A stretch of 64,000 nt of DNA from a virus: IMG/VR virus record IMGVR_UViG_3300036766_000416, positions 64,001-128,000 of that record; one strand, 5' to 3'. The notes under the pieces are model-generated. The model was not told where the DNA came from and did no database searches. It was given only the letters and a program-made list of their open reading frames with translations. Position 1 is the first letter of the stretch. The number at the start of each line of letters is the position of its first letter. A program made the position numbers and the translations under genes. Below, in pieces: positions 12,401 to 21,663 of this stretch.

Positions 12401-15400
12401 GGTTCTGGTATCGTCATCACCAATGATAAGGGATCAATCACCGTCGCAGCCACTGGTGGTGCGGCGATCGACCAATATGCCAGAGACAAGGCGAATGGTG
12501 CTGCACAGAATGCCTTCATCACCCTGAATGTCGCCGGACAGTCGGACATTGTAGCCGACTCCAATGTAGACACACTGATTCTCGTCGGATCGGGTATCAC
12601 CCTCACGACTGATGCAGGCACCGACACATTGACGATTCAGCACCCCGCGTCGGGCGTCACACCATCAGGTTATGGTGATGCGGCCACGGTACCTAAGTTT
12701 GTGGTGGACGCAAATGGGCATGTTACATCCGTCACCAATACAGCCATCGCCATCTCCGCGACACAAATTACTTCAGGAACCTTAGCGGTCGCACGAGGAG
12801 GTACAGGACAAACAGCCATCACGGTCAACGGCTCCTTATTGATTGGAAACACGGTCTCTGGTGGATTTGACGTCAATCCAATCACCCAGGGAACGAATAT
12901 CCTCATCACCAACGACAAAGGCTCAATCACGATTGCTTCTAGCGATGCTTTCGCACAAACTCAAGCGAATGCGGCCTTTGATCGGGCGAATGCGGCCTAC
13001 GCGAATGCGAATACCGCCATCTATACTGCAGCACAAATTCGCGCCAACATCAGCAATACCGCTCCGATTAGGTATGATGCCACAACCGGAATTGTGAGTC
13101 ATGCAGATTCGGGCGTTGTCGCCTCTGGTTACGGTGATGCCGCAACCATTCCCGTCTTTGTCGCCAATGCGACCGGGCACATTTCTTCTGTCACCAATAC
13201 AGCCATCGCCATCTCTGCGACACAAATCACTTCAGGCACCCTTGCGGTCGCTCGTGGAGGTACCGCACAAACCGCCATCAACGGAAACGGTTCACTATTG
13301 ATAGGTAACACCGTCAGCGGCGGCTACGATGTCAATACCCTCACTCAAGGAACCGGAATCGTCATCACCAATGACAAGGGATCAATCAGTATAGCAGCCA
13401 CCGGTGGTGCGAGTGCTAATGGATTTGGGATCATAGAGGTTGCTGGACAAGCTAATGTGGTCGCCGACCAAGCCAATGATACCCTGTTGCTCGTCGGATC
13501 GGGTATCACCCTCACGACTGATGCAGGCACCGACACATTGACGATTCAGCACCCTGCCTCTGGAGTCGTAGCATCTGGGTACGGTGATGCAGCGACAGTA
13601 CCTAAAGTAGTGGTGGATGCGAATGGACATTTAACGTCTGTGGTCAATACTTCCATAGCGATTTCAGCAACACAAATCACCTCAGGAACCTTGGCTGTGG
13701 TGCGTGGTGGTACTGGACAAACAGCAATCACTGTAAACGGTTCCCTGCTCATAGGTAACACAGTGTCGGGTGGGTTCGACGTCAATCCAATCACTCAGGG
13801 CACCAATATCACGGTCACGAATGATAAAGGTTCAATCACCATATCGTCTAGCGACGCTTTCGCCCAATCCCAAGCCAACGCAGCCTTTGATCGCGCCAAT
13901 GCCGCCTATGCTAATGCGAATACGGCGATTTATACCGCAGCACAAATTAGGGCTAACCTTAGCAACACCGCGCCAATAAATTATGATGCGACAACGGGTA
14001 TTGTGTCTCATGCGCTATCCGGCGTGACAGCAAGTGGTTATGGTGACGCCGCCACGGTAGCGAAGGTTGTAGTAGACTCCAACGGGCACGTCACTTCCGT
14101 AGTGAACACTGCGATAGCGATTTCCGCAACACAGATCACTTCAGGTACCCTTGCAGTAGCCAGAGGTGGTACCGGTCAAACAGCGATCACTGTCAATGGT
14201 TCCCTACTGATCGGAAACACAGTTTCGGGTGGATTTGACGTTAATACACTGACTCAGGGTACTGGTATCGTTATCACCAACGACAAGGGATCGATCACCA
14301 TAGAGGCCACTGGTGGTGCGGCGACCGATCAATTCGCAAGGGATACAGCCAATGGTGCCTTCGCAAAGGCCAATGGTGCCGCACAAAATGCGTTTGTTAC
14401 ACTCACCATTGCCGGTCAATCCGATGTGGTCGCCGATTCCAACGTCGATACACTGACCTTGGTGGCTGGTGCGGATGTTGTCTTGACGACTGATGCGGGC
14501 ACCGATACGATCACGTTTGCGACTTCACGTTATGCCAAGAACGCAGTCAACAATGAGATGGCGTTTATTTACTCGGACTATGCGGCTAATGGTGTCTATA
14601 CCTCCTGGTCCACACTTCACGCCGCTTATGTGGCCTCAGGTTCCCCAGTCTGTACGATAGGATTCTGGCAGCAGGCTCCATTCAACCCAGCGTATCTTGA
14701 TATTCCTGCAGGCGCCTGGGCCTTCGAGTTTGGTACACGATGGAAGGGGTTAGGTAGCTACAGCGATGGTACTAGCATCCGTTTCCTTGAGGGCGCTACA
14801 ATATCTGGGGTACAATTCTTTGAAACGATTTATATTCTATCTAATTCTGCTGGTGGTGTTCAGCAAATTGGAAGAACAACCGACGCCAATGGTGCCTTTA
14901 CAATTGTCAATCAACCTATTCTTCATCGCGCAGCTATCCAAGGTGGTAACTCATCACAAACAGTATTCCAGTCGATAGATACTTTAACAGAGATATGGTT
15001 GGGTGAAGAATGTGTTCTCTATGCCAATTGCGTGGGTCTAGGGGCCAATGCAAATACATTCTTTGTGAACTATGCCGGACCTAGGTCGGATATAGCAGCC
15101 AATTCTTTCGTATCCACCAATGCATCTGCCGTTCTCCAATACCGAAGATTTGATGCGAGAACGTCAACAATTAGTGCCACACAAGCATTTTTTGCTGGTA
15201 TCACTCGCACTGAAGATATACCAGAGCAAATAGGTACCACGGCCGCACGTCCTCCGGTGCCATCTAACGGCCACATGTATTATGATTCCACCATAGCGGT
15301 TCCAATCTGGTGGTATAACGGCGCCTGGAGACGCCTAGTGACTGCGAACATCCCAGAATCCACCAGCAACCTATACTTTACAGCGGCCCGTGTTCGCGCC

Positions 15401-17488
15401 AACATCAGCAACACTGCTCCAATCAATTATGACTCCACCACAGGCATAGTATCACACGCGACTTCAGGTGTCACCGCAACCGGGTACGGGGATGCAAACA
15501 CCATACCCGTAGTGGTCGTTGATAACAAAGGTCACTTGTCCTCTGTGACCAATACAGCCATCACATTCTCTGATGGGTCCGCCACATCTCCCTCTATTCC
15601 TCACCGTGGAGACCTTGATACTGGATTCTGGTTCCCTGCAGCCGATACGATTGCAGCAAGCACCAATGGTCTTGAAAGACTGCGAATCACGGATGCGGGT
15701 TACATTGGCATCGGCACCAATAACCCTGTAGCCGACATTGAATTGCTGGCCAATGCTCCAGCCGCCTACATTGTCGTGACACAATACAGCGGGGCCCCTG
15801 GAGACGCCACTGATCCTGAATTCACCACACAGGCAGCCAGAGGGACACCAGGTACCCCAGCGGCCGTTCAACAGAATGATACATTGTTTGTGTTCGGAGC
15901 AGCAGCCTACAATGGCTCTGCATTCACCCCGAACAAAGTCTACTTAGAGATGGCTGCAGCCGAGAATTGGACAGCGGCCAACAACGGCACACTCATAGGA
16001 TTCAATACGACAGCAAATAATTCTACCCTTGTTACGCGGAGGATGTTGATAGACGGAAACGGCAACATCGGTATTGCGAATAGCTCACCAAAGCACAAAT
16101 TATCCATTACGGGAAATCTTTGGGTACGCGATACTGTCGTACTCCAAGACGGATTGATCGCCAACGGGACTCTAGGTGTTGTGGGTTCTGTGCTGACATC
16201 CAATAGCGCGACACCTCGATGGACTGGGGCCTCAGCGAATGGACAATTGTTTATTGGCAACACTGTGAGTGGCGGCTATGACGTCAATACGTTGACACAA
16301 GGTTCTGGTATCGTTATCACCAACACAAAGGGTGCTATTGAGATTGCTGCCACTGGTGGAGCGGCGACCGATCAGTTTGCTAGAGATACAGCCAACGGTG
16401 CCTTTACAAAAGCCAACGGGGCTGTTCAAACGGGGTTCACGATTTACGCTGTCAGTGGTCAATCGGATATCGTACCGGATTCCAATACTGACACGATAAC
16501 TCTCGTGGGTTCAGGTATTACTCTGACGACTGATGCAGGCACCGATACACTGACGGTTCAGCACCCCGCCTCTGGTGTGACTGCAAGTGGCTATGGAGAT
16601 GCAGCCACAGTTCCTAAATTTGTTGTGGATGCAAATGGTCATGTCACAAGTGTCACGAATACGGCTATCGCAATTTCCGCTACAGCGATCACCAGTGGTA
16701 CCTTAGCGGTTGCCAGAGGAGGTACTGGTCAGACGGCCATTACCGTCAATGGTTCGTTGCTCATCGGCAACACAGTCTCCGGTGGCTTCGACGTCAACCC
16801 GATCACCGCCACAACTCCAATCGTCGTTACAAACGATAAAGGCTCTATCGCACTTACTCATGCGACCTCAGGTGTCGTAGCAACTGGTCATGGTGATGCC
16901 GCGACGGTGCCTAAGTTTATTGTAGATGACAAGGGGCACGTCACCTCGGTCACCAATACGACTATCGCCATTGCTGCATCAGCGATCACTTCAGGTGTCT
17001 TGATCCAAGCCCAAGGAGGCACAGGGTTCTCTGGTGCCACAGCGAACGGACAATTACTTATTGGAAATACAGTAAGTGGTGGATTTGATCGTGCCACGTT
17101 GACACAGGGCACCAATATCACGATCACGAACGCAAAGGGATCGATCACGATTGATTCTACGGGTGGTGCTGGCAGCAATGGATTTGGTATTGTCAGTGTC
17201 TCTGGACAATCCGACGTCGTTGCAGACCAAGCCAATGATACCCTGACCATAGTTGCGGGATCGGGAATCACAATCACAACGGCTGCTGCTCTGGATCGTG
17301 TCAACATATCAGGTCAACCAATAGGAAATACCGTAGTTGGAGATTCGGTGTTCTTTGAGAATGGTCAAACTGTTACGGGTAACTATACAATTACCACAGG
17401 CAAATCCGCGATTTCTGCTGGACCCATCACACTCAACCCAGATATTATCGTGACTGTTCCTGGGGGAAGTCGCTGGGTTATCGTATAA
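6428..17488 (+). CDS. Giant repeat-containing long tail fibre / adhesin (3686 aa)
   Basis: About 18 copies of an NGSLLIGNTVSGG.DVN..TQG..I..TNDKGSI module; C-terminal FFENGQTVTGNYTITTGKSAISAGPITL...VTVPGGSRWVIV motif common at the ends of T4-like fibre proteins. Confidence 0.8.
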   Translation: MPLDPIVVQIKGGPTKVITGPAGAATRLVELSDVDATPVANGDVLTYVSANGKFEFHPTADSSNAFGVVNVAGQNNVIATTPSDTLELIAGTGILVLTDNVNNSVTIVATGGSAFDQYARDVANGAYDQANAAYANANTAIYTAAQIRANISNTAPINYSATTGIISHADSGVTATTYGNTTYVPTVTVDARGHVTSITNTAITFPPSGVTSVAGKTGAVLLDTYDIAENTSSNLWFTAARVRSNISNTAPINYEPTTGVVSHADSGVVASGYGDAATVPKVVVDSKGHATSVTNTSIAISAVAITSGTLAVARGGTGQTAITVNGSLLIGNTVSGGFDVNPITQGAGILVTNDKGSITITANVTSATDQFARDQANAAYNQANNAYANANTAIYTAAQIRANISNTAPINYDPTAGVISHALSGVAASGYGDAATVAKVVVDSNGHVTSVVNTAIAISAAAITSGTLAVVRGGTGQTAITVNGSLLIGNTVSSGFDVNPITQGAGILITNDKGSITITANVTSATDQFARDQANAAFNQANTANVTGQAAFDKANGAIYTAAQIRANLSNTAPINYDATTGVISHALSGVTASGYGDAATVAKVVVDSNGHVTSVVNTAIAISATQITSGTLAVVRGGTAQTAINGNGSLLIGNTVSGGYDVNTLTQGTGIIITNDKGSITIEATGGAATDQYARDKANGAAQNAFVTINIAGQSDVVADSNVDTLILVAGTGILLTTDSPNDTITITATGGSATDQFARDTANGAFAKANGAAQNAFVTLNVAGQSDIVADSNTDTLTIVGSGITITTDAGTDTLTIQHPASGVVASGYGDAATVPKFVVDANGHVTSVTNTAIAISATQITSGTLTVARGGTGQTAITVNGSLLIGNTVSGGFDVNPITQGTNITVTNDKGSITISSSDAFAQSQANAAYDRANAAYANANTAIYTAAQIRANLSNTTPINYDATTGVISHALSGVAASGYGDAATVAKVVVDSNGHVTSVTNTAIAISATQITSGTLAVVRGGTGQTAITVNGSLLIGNTVSGGFDVNPITQGTNITVTNDKGSITISSSDAFAQSQANAAYDRANAAYANANTAIYTAAQIRANLSNTAPINYDATTGVISHAVSGVAASGYGDAATVPKVVVDVTGHVTSVVNTAIAISAAAITSGTLAVARGGTGQTTITVNGSLLIGNTVSGGFDVNPITQGTNITITNDKGSITIASSDAFAQSQANAAFDRANAAYANANTAIYTAAQIRANLSNTAPINYDATTGVISHAISGVTASGYGDAATVAKVVVDTFGHVTSVTNTAIAISAAAITSGTLAVARGGTAQTAINGNGSLLIGNTVSGGYDVNTLTQGTGIVITNDKGSITIAATGGSATDDYARAHANGAFDKANGAAQNAFITLNVAGQSDIVADSNVDTLILVGSGITLTTDAGTDTLTIQHPASGVVASGYGDASTVPKFVVDANGHVTSVTNTAIAISATQITSGTLAVARGGTGQTAITVNGSLLIGNTVSGGFDVNPITQGTNITVTNDKGSITISSSDAFAQSQANAAFDRANAAYANANTAIYTAAQIRANLSNTAPINYDATTGVISHALSGVTASGYGDADTVAKVVVDSNGHVTSVVNTAIAISATQITSGTLAVARGGTGQTAITVNGSLLIGNTVSGGFDVNPITQGTNITVTNDKGSIAISSSDAFAQAQANAAFARANAAYANANTAIYTAAQIRANLSNTAPINYDATTGVISHALSGVTASGYGDAATVAKVVVDSNGHVTSVVNTAIAISATQITSGTLAVVRGGTGQTAITVNGSLLIGNTVSGGFDVNPITQGTNITVTNDKGSITISSSDAFAQSQANAAFDRANAAYANANTAIYTAAQIRANLSNTAPINYDATTGVISHALSGVTASGYGDAATVAKVVVDSNGHVTSVVNTAIAISATQITSGTLAVVRGGTAQTAINGNGSLLIGNTVSGGYDVNTLTQGSGIVITNDKGSITVAATGGAAIDQYARDKANGAAQNAFITLNVAGQSDIVADSNVDTLILVGSGITLTTDAGTDTLTIQHPASGVTPSGYGDAATVPKFVVDANGHVTSVTNTAIAISATQITSGTLAVARGGTGQTAITVNGSLLIGNTVSGGFDVNPITQGTNILITNDKGSITIASSDAFAQTQANAAFDRANAAYANANTAIYTAAQIRANISNTAPIRYDATTGIVSHADSGVVASGYGDAATIPVFVANATGHISSVTNTAIAISATQITSGTLAVARGGTAQTAINGNGSLLIGNTVSGGYDVNTLTQGTGIVITNDKGSISIAATGGASANGFGIIEVAGQANVVADQANDTLLLVGSGITLTTDAGTDTLTIQHPASGVVASGYGDAATVPKVVVDANGHLTSVVNTSIAISATQITSGTLAVVRGGTGQTAITVNGSLLIGNTVSGGFDVNPITQGTNITVTNDKGSITISSSDAFAQSQANAAFDRANAAYANANTAIYTAAQIRANLSNTAPINYDATTGIVSHALSGVTASGYGDAATVAKVVVDSNGHVTSVVNTAIAISATQITSGTLAVARGGTGQTAITVNGSLLIGNTVSGGFDVNTLTQGTGIVITNDKGSITIEATGGAATDQFARDTANGAFAKANGAAQNAFVTLTIAGQSDVVADSNVDTLTLVAGADVVLTTDAGTDTITFATSRYAKNAVNNEMAFIYSDYAANGVYTSWSTLHAAYVASGSPVCTIGFWQQAPFNPAYLDIPAGAWAFEFGTRWKGLGSYSDGTSIRFLEGATISGVQFFETIYILSNSAGGVQQIGRTTDANGAFTIVNQPILHRAAIQGGNSSQTVFQSIDTLTEIWLGEECVLYANCVGLGANANTFFVNYAGPRSDIAANSFVSTNASAVLQYRRFDARTSTISATQAFFAGITRTEDIPEQIGTTAARPPVPSNGHMYYDSTIAVPIWWYNGAWRRLVTANIPESTSNLYFTAARVRANISNTAPINYDSTTGIVSHATSGVTATGYGDANTIPVVVVDNKGHLSSVTNTAITFSDGSATSPSIPHRGDLDTGFWFPAADTIAASTNGLERLRITDAGYIGIGTNNPVADIELLANAPAAYIVVTQYSGAPGDATDPEFTTQAARGTPGTPAAVQQNDTLFVFGAAAYNGSAFTPNKVYLEMAAAENWTAANNGTLIGFNTTANNSTLVTRRMLIDGNGNIGIANSSPKHKLSITGNLWVRDTVVLQDGLIANGTLGVVGSVLTSNSATPRWTGASANGQLFIGNTVSGGYDVNTLTQGSGIVITNTKGAIEIAATGGAATDQFARDTANGAFTKANGAVQTGFTIYAVSGQSDIVPDSNTDTITLVGSGITLTTDAGTDTLTVQHPASGVTASGYGDAATVPKFVVDANGHVTSVTNTAIAISATAITSGTLAVARGGTGQTAITVNGSLLIGNTVSGGFDVNPITATTPIVVTNDKGSIALTHATSGVVATGHGDAATVPKFIVDDKGHVTSVTNTTIAIAASAITSGVLIQAQGGTGFSGATANGQLLIGNTVSGGFDRATLTQGTNITITNAKGSITIDSTGGAGSNGFGIVSVSGQSDVVADQANDTLTIVAGSGITITTAAALDRVNISGQPIGNTVVGDSVFFENGQTVTGNYTITTGKSAISAGPITLNPDIIVTVPGGSRWVIV
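6820..17160 (+). repeat. Intragenic protein repeat array (~150-aa A unit interspersed with ~60-aa B unit)
   Basis: A unit: TAIYTAAQIRAN.SNTAPINYD...SGYGDAATV.KVVVD.NGHVTSV.NTAIAISA..ITSGTLAV.RGGT.QT..NGSLLIGNTV. B unit: AQNAF.T.N.AGQSD.VADSN.DTL.L.GSGIT.TTDAGTDTLTIQHPASG. Confidence 0.9.
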
Positions 17489-17500
17489 TGGGGGCGTGAT

Positions 17501-18883
17501 ATGGATACCACTCTGAGCAGCATAACGGGTGCGGTGACCACAAACACATTTTTTCTCGCAGGAGACACATCGGGCATCTCCAACCTCTCAGCCAATTCTG
17601 TGGCTGGCTCGACCTCACTCACTCTGCCAGGTGCCAATGGGTCGTTGATGACGGGCACTGAACCCGGCACGCTTTCTGTAATATCAGTGATCACCCCGGC
17701 TCAAATTACTGCTGATGTTGATGACTGGGTACCTGGAGGTTATACGAATGAAAAAGTCATTCGCGCCAATACCAGTGACACCTGGTCGATAGGTGGCCTA
17801 AAGTTTGGATCGACCTTGTGCGTCTCGTTGATCAACATTGGATCGAATACGTTTCTGCTGAATCATAATGTGAGTACCTCCGCGGCCGTCAATCGTTTCA
17901 GTCTCACTGAGGACCAGGTGAGCGTGTATAGCAACACCAAGGTTGTGTTGATCTATGATGTGCCTTCGAGCCGTTGGTTTGTGAATGGTGGGGAACGCAA
18001 GGTGGGGAAGGGATTCTTCTCTGGGGGCATCGCAGGTTCCCCTTCTGCTGTGGCCGACCGGACGACCTATGCGACTGAAACGACTGCAGCGGTCTCAGGG
18101 GCCAACCTGTCACTGGCCCGATCTGGTCTTGCCGGGGCCGGGACTGCAACCAAAGGCTTCTTCATTGGAGGATTCGCGGGTGGCAACTCTGCTGTGGCTG
18201 ACCGGACGACCTATGCGACCGAAGTGACTGTAGCGGTCCCTGGAGCCAATTTGCCAGTGGCACGCAATCTTCTGGCGGCCGCTGGTAATGCCTTCAAAGG
18301 ATTCTTCTCAGGAGGCAGCGGCTCGTCTGTTGTCGCCAACCGGACGACCTATGCGACCGAGGTTACGGTCGCGGTCCCTGGTGCGGACCTGTCGGTGGGA
18401 CGAGACAGTCTTACGGCCGCCGGCAATGCGACCAAAGGATTCTTCTCAGGAGGCACCACGACCGATACTGTCGAGTCCCTTGTCGCTGATCGAACGACCT
18501 ATGCGACTGAAACGACTGCAGCAGTTCCGGGTGCGAATTTATCGCTAGCCCGATGGGGACTTGCGGCCGCTGGTAATGCAACCAAAGGATTCTTTTCTGG
18601 AGGAGACCCAGTGGGTCCTGTTACCGCGGTTGCTGACCGAACGACCTATGCAACTGAAACAACTGCTGCAGTCTCTGGGGCCAATCTGTCGATGGCGAGA
18701 AATACCCTGGCCGCGACAGGTAATGCGTCCAAAGGGTTCTTCTCTGGAGGGTTCAACGACACTATTGACGTCGCTGTGGCCGACCGGACGACCTATGCGA
18801 CAGAAACAACCGCGGCGGTCTCTGGAGCAAACTTGAGCCTGGCACGAGAGGGACCTGCGGCAGCCGGCACAGGTATTTTCTAA
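17501..18883 (+). CDS. Kelch-like six-repeat beta-propeller virion protein, paralog 1
   Basis: Six ~48-aa repeats KGFFSGG...VADRTTYATE..AAV.GANLS.AR..LAAAGNA with the Kelch-type GG dipeptide, after a ~165-aa N-terminal domain. Confidence 0.6.
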   Translation: MDTTLSSITGAVTTNTFFLAGDTSGISNLSANSVAGSTSLTLPGANGSLMTGTEPGTLSVISVITPAQITADVDDWVPGGYTNEKVIRANTSDTWSIGGLKFGSTLCVSLINIGSNTFLLNHNVSTSAAVNRFSLTEDQVSVYSNTKVVLIYDVPSSRWFVNGGERKVGKGFFSGGIAGSPSAVADRTTYATETTAAVSGANLSLARSGLAGAGTATKGFFIGGFAGGNSAVADRTTYATEVTVAVPGANLPVARNLLAAAGNAFKGFFSGGSGSSVVANRTTYATEVTVAVPGADLSVGRDSLTAAGNATKGFFSGGTTTDTVESLVADRTTYATETTAAVPGANLSLARWGLAAAGNATKGFFSGGDPVGPVTAVADRTTYATETTAAVSGANLSMARNTLAATGNASKGFFSGGFNDTIDVAVADRTTYATETTAAVSGANLSLAREGPAAAGTGIF

Positions 18884-21663
18884 AGGAGTCTATGGGTATC
18901 ACAATCAGTGGCGATGGGTACATTGCCGCACGTAAAATTTTCTTGCGAGGCAGCACATCAGGGAACACCACACTGTCTGCGAGTGAGAACGCAGACCTGT
19001 TTGTGGCGACTCTGCCTGCAGCCAATGGCACCCTGTTGATCGACGCGTGGTCTGATGCGGCTGTGCTGGCACCTAACATTACTCCGACACAGATCACCAG
19101 TGATACCGATGACTGGGCACCCACAGGGTACGCGAACGCTCGCATCATCCGTGCGAATACCAGCGACACCTGGTCCTTGGGTGGCCTGACGCACAGCACC
19201 ACTGACTTTGCGAACACGAATTTTGTGGTCCTACTCAATGTGGGACCGAATAGATTGCTCCTGAACCATGAAGCGAATACCTCGACGGCTGCGAATAGAT
19301 TTTATTTAGGTGAGGACCAAGTGGTTCTGTATGCGAATGCCTGTGTGTTCCTGACCTATAATAATACCTTGAGCCGTTGGGTGGCAAATGGTGGCGAACG
19401 AAAGGTTGGGAAAGGATTCTTCTCTGGAGGTCACACAGGTTCCGTTTCTGCTGTGGCCGACCGGACGACCTATGCCACAGAGACAACCGCAGCGGTCCCT
19501 GGAGCAAACTTGAGCCTGGCACGGCAGTTGCTTGCGGCTGCTGGCAATGCCTCCAAAGGATTCTTCTCAGGAGGCACCACAGGTGTAAGGTCTGTTGTGG
19601 CTGACCGGACCACCCATGCCACTGAAGTCACCGCAGCGGTCTCTGGTGCGAACTTGAGTGTAGCACGAGAGGGACCTGCGGCCGCTGGAAATGCCTTCAA
19701 AGGCTTTTTCTCAGGAGGTTCCACAGGTGCCGATTCTGCTGTGGCCGACCGGACGACGTATGCCACAGAAGTGACCGTTGCGGTCCCTGGAGCAAACTTG
19801 AGCCTGGCACGGCAGTTGCTTGCGGCTGCTGGCAATGCCTCCAAAGGATTCTTCTCAGGAGGCTTCACAGGTTCCTATTCTGCTGTAGCCGACCGGACGA
19901 CCTATGCAACCGAAACGACGGCTGCGGTCTCTGGAGCCAACTTGAGTGTGGCACAATCCGACCTTGCGGCTGCTGGTAATGCCTCCAAAGGATTCTTCTC
20001 AGGAGGCTTCACAGGTTCCTATTCTGCTGTAGCCAACCGGACGACCTATGCAACCGAAACGACGGCTGCGGTCTCTGGAGCCGACTTGAGTGGGGCCCGA
20101 GCCATTCTCGCTGCCGCAGGCAACGCCTCCAAAGGGTTCTTCTCAGGAGGCGACACGGGGTCTGATTCTGCTGTGGCTGACCGGACCACGTATGCAACCG
20201 AAGTAACTGTAGCGGTCTCTGGTGCAAACCTCAGCGTGGCACGTGACGGGACAGCGGCCACAGGCACCGGTATTTTCTAAGAGGAACGAATGAGTCTTAT
20301 TCTCGACGGCAACACAGCCACAGTCACCGCGAACTCCATTATTTTTAGGGGGAATACCTCAGGTACGATCACGCTCACTGCAAATGCAGTTGCCGATACT
20401 ACGAACATTTACTTGCCCGGTGTGACTGGCACCCTACAGACGACCTCGAATACCGCGAATGTCGTCACCACGGCACCGATGATTACTCCGACACAGATCA
20501 CCGTGGATACCGATGACTGGGCACCCACAGGGTACGCGAATGCCAAGGTGATCAATGCCAACACCAGTGACGTGTGGTCTCTAGGTGGCCTGACCTATGG
20601 ATTGACGAATTCTGTCATCATAAATAATGTTGGAGCAAATAGTTTTCTATTGAACCATGAGGCGAATACCTCCACGGCGGCAAATAGATTTCAGTTAGAC
20701 GAAGATCAAGTCACCGTGTATGCGAATGTCTCGATTTTCCTCATGTATGACGTCACTGGGACCCGTTGGGTTGTCAATGGGGGTGAACGAAAAGTCGGCA
20801 AAGGGTTCTTCTCAGGAGGCTTTACAAGTTCCGACTCTGCTGTAGCCGACCGGACGACCTATGCGACTGAAGTCACTGCAGCGGTCTCTGGTGCGAACCT
20901 CAGTGTAGCCCGAGATGGCCCTGCGGCTGCCGGTAATGCGTCCAAAGGATTCTTCTCAGGAGGCCATGCAGGTTCCGACTCTGCTGTAGCCGACCGGACG
21001 ACGTATGCAACTGAAGTCACCGCAGCGGTCCCCGGTGCGAACTTGAGCCTGGCACGGCGTTACCCGGCAGCCGCCGGTAATGCCTCCAAAGGATTCTTCT
21101 CAGGAGGTTTTACAGGCACCTATTCTGTTGTGGCCGACCGGACGACCTATGCGACCGAGGTTACCGCTGCAGTCTCTGGTGCGAACTTGAGCGTGGCGCG
21201 GAACGAACTGGCGGCCGCCGGTAATGCCTCCAAAGGGTTCTTCTCAGGAGGCGGCACAGGTGCCGACTCTGCTGTGGCCGACCGGACCACCTATTCGACC
21301 GAAGTGACTGCAGCGGTCTCTGGTGCGAACTTGAGCGTGGCGCGAAACGGACTTGCGGCCGCTGGTAATGCCTCCAAAGGGTTCTTCTCAGGAGGCCATA
21401 CAGGTTCCAATTCTGTTGTGGCCGACCGGACGACGTATGCAACTGAAGTGACTGCAGCGGTCTCTGGTGCGGACTTGAGCGTAGCCAGGCAGTTGCCCTC
21501 CGCTGCTGGTAATGCGTCCAAAGGATTCTTCTCAGGAGGTGATCCAGGTCCTTCTGCTGTGGCCGACCGGACCACGTATGCGACGGAAACGACTGCAGCG
21601 GTCTCTGGAGCGAACTTGAGCCTGGCACGATACGGGTTGGCTGCAGCCGGCACTGGAATTTTC
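18005..21663 (+). repeat. 18 copies of a ~144-nt blade repeat in three blocks (about 18005-18880, 19405-20277, 20795-21663)
   Basis: Near-identical at DNA level, e.g. 19492-19575 equals 19780-19863 (84 nt); GCCGACCGGACGACCTATGC recurs in all three genes. Confidence 0.9.
18892..20280 (+). CDS. Kelch-like six-repeat beta-propeller virion protein, paralog 2
   Basis: Same architecture; exact 144-nt repeat period; ends GTGIF like its neighbours. Confidence 0.6.
   Translation: MGITISGDGYIAARKIFLRGSTSGNTTLSASENADLFVATLPAANGTLLIDAWSDAAVLAPNITPTQITSDTDDWAPTGYANARIIRANTSDTWSLGGLTHSTTDFANTNFVVLLNVGPNRLLLNHEANTSTAANRFYLGEDQVVLYANACVFLTYNNTLSRWVANGGERKVGKGFFSGGHTGSVSAVADRTTYATETTAAVPGANLSLARQLLAAAGNASKGFFSGGTTGVRSVVADRTTHATEVTAAVSGANLSVAREGPAAAGNAFKGFFSGGSTGADSAVADRTTYATEVTVAVPGANLSLARQLLAAAGNASKGFFSGGFTGSYSAVADRTTYATETTAAVSGANLSVAQSDLAAAGNASKGFFSGGFTGSYSAVANRTTYATETTAAVSGADLSGARAILAAAGNASKGFFSGGDTGSDSAVADRTTYATEVTVAVSGANLSVARDGTAATGTGIF

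Noticed and set aside
6447-17694. Many 60-140-aa alternate-frame and antisense ORFs within the giant fibre gene
   Set aside because: Shadow ORFs produced by the repetitive, stop-poor Ala/Thr/Gly coding sequence; no SD or motifs.
18005-21663. Regularly spaced DNA repeats resembling a CRISPR array
   Set aside because: Period is 144 nt, in frame and inside ORFs; no unique spacers, leader or cas genes.
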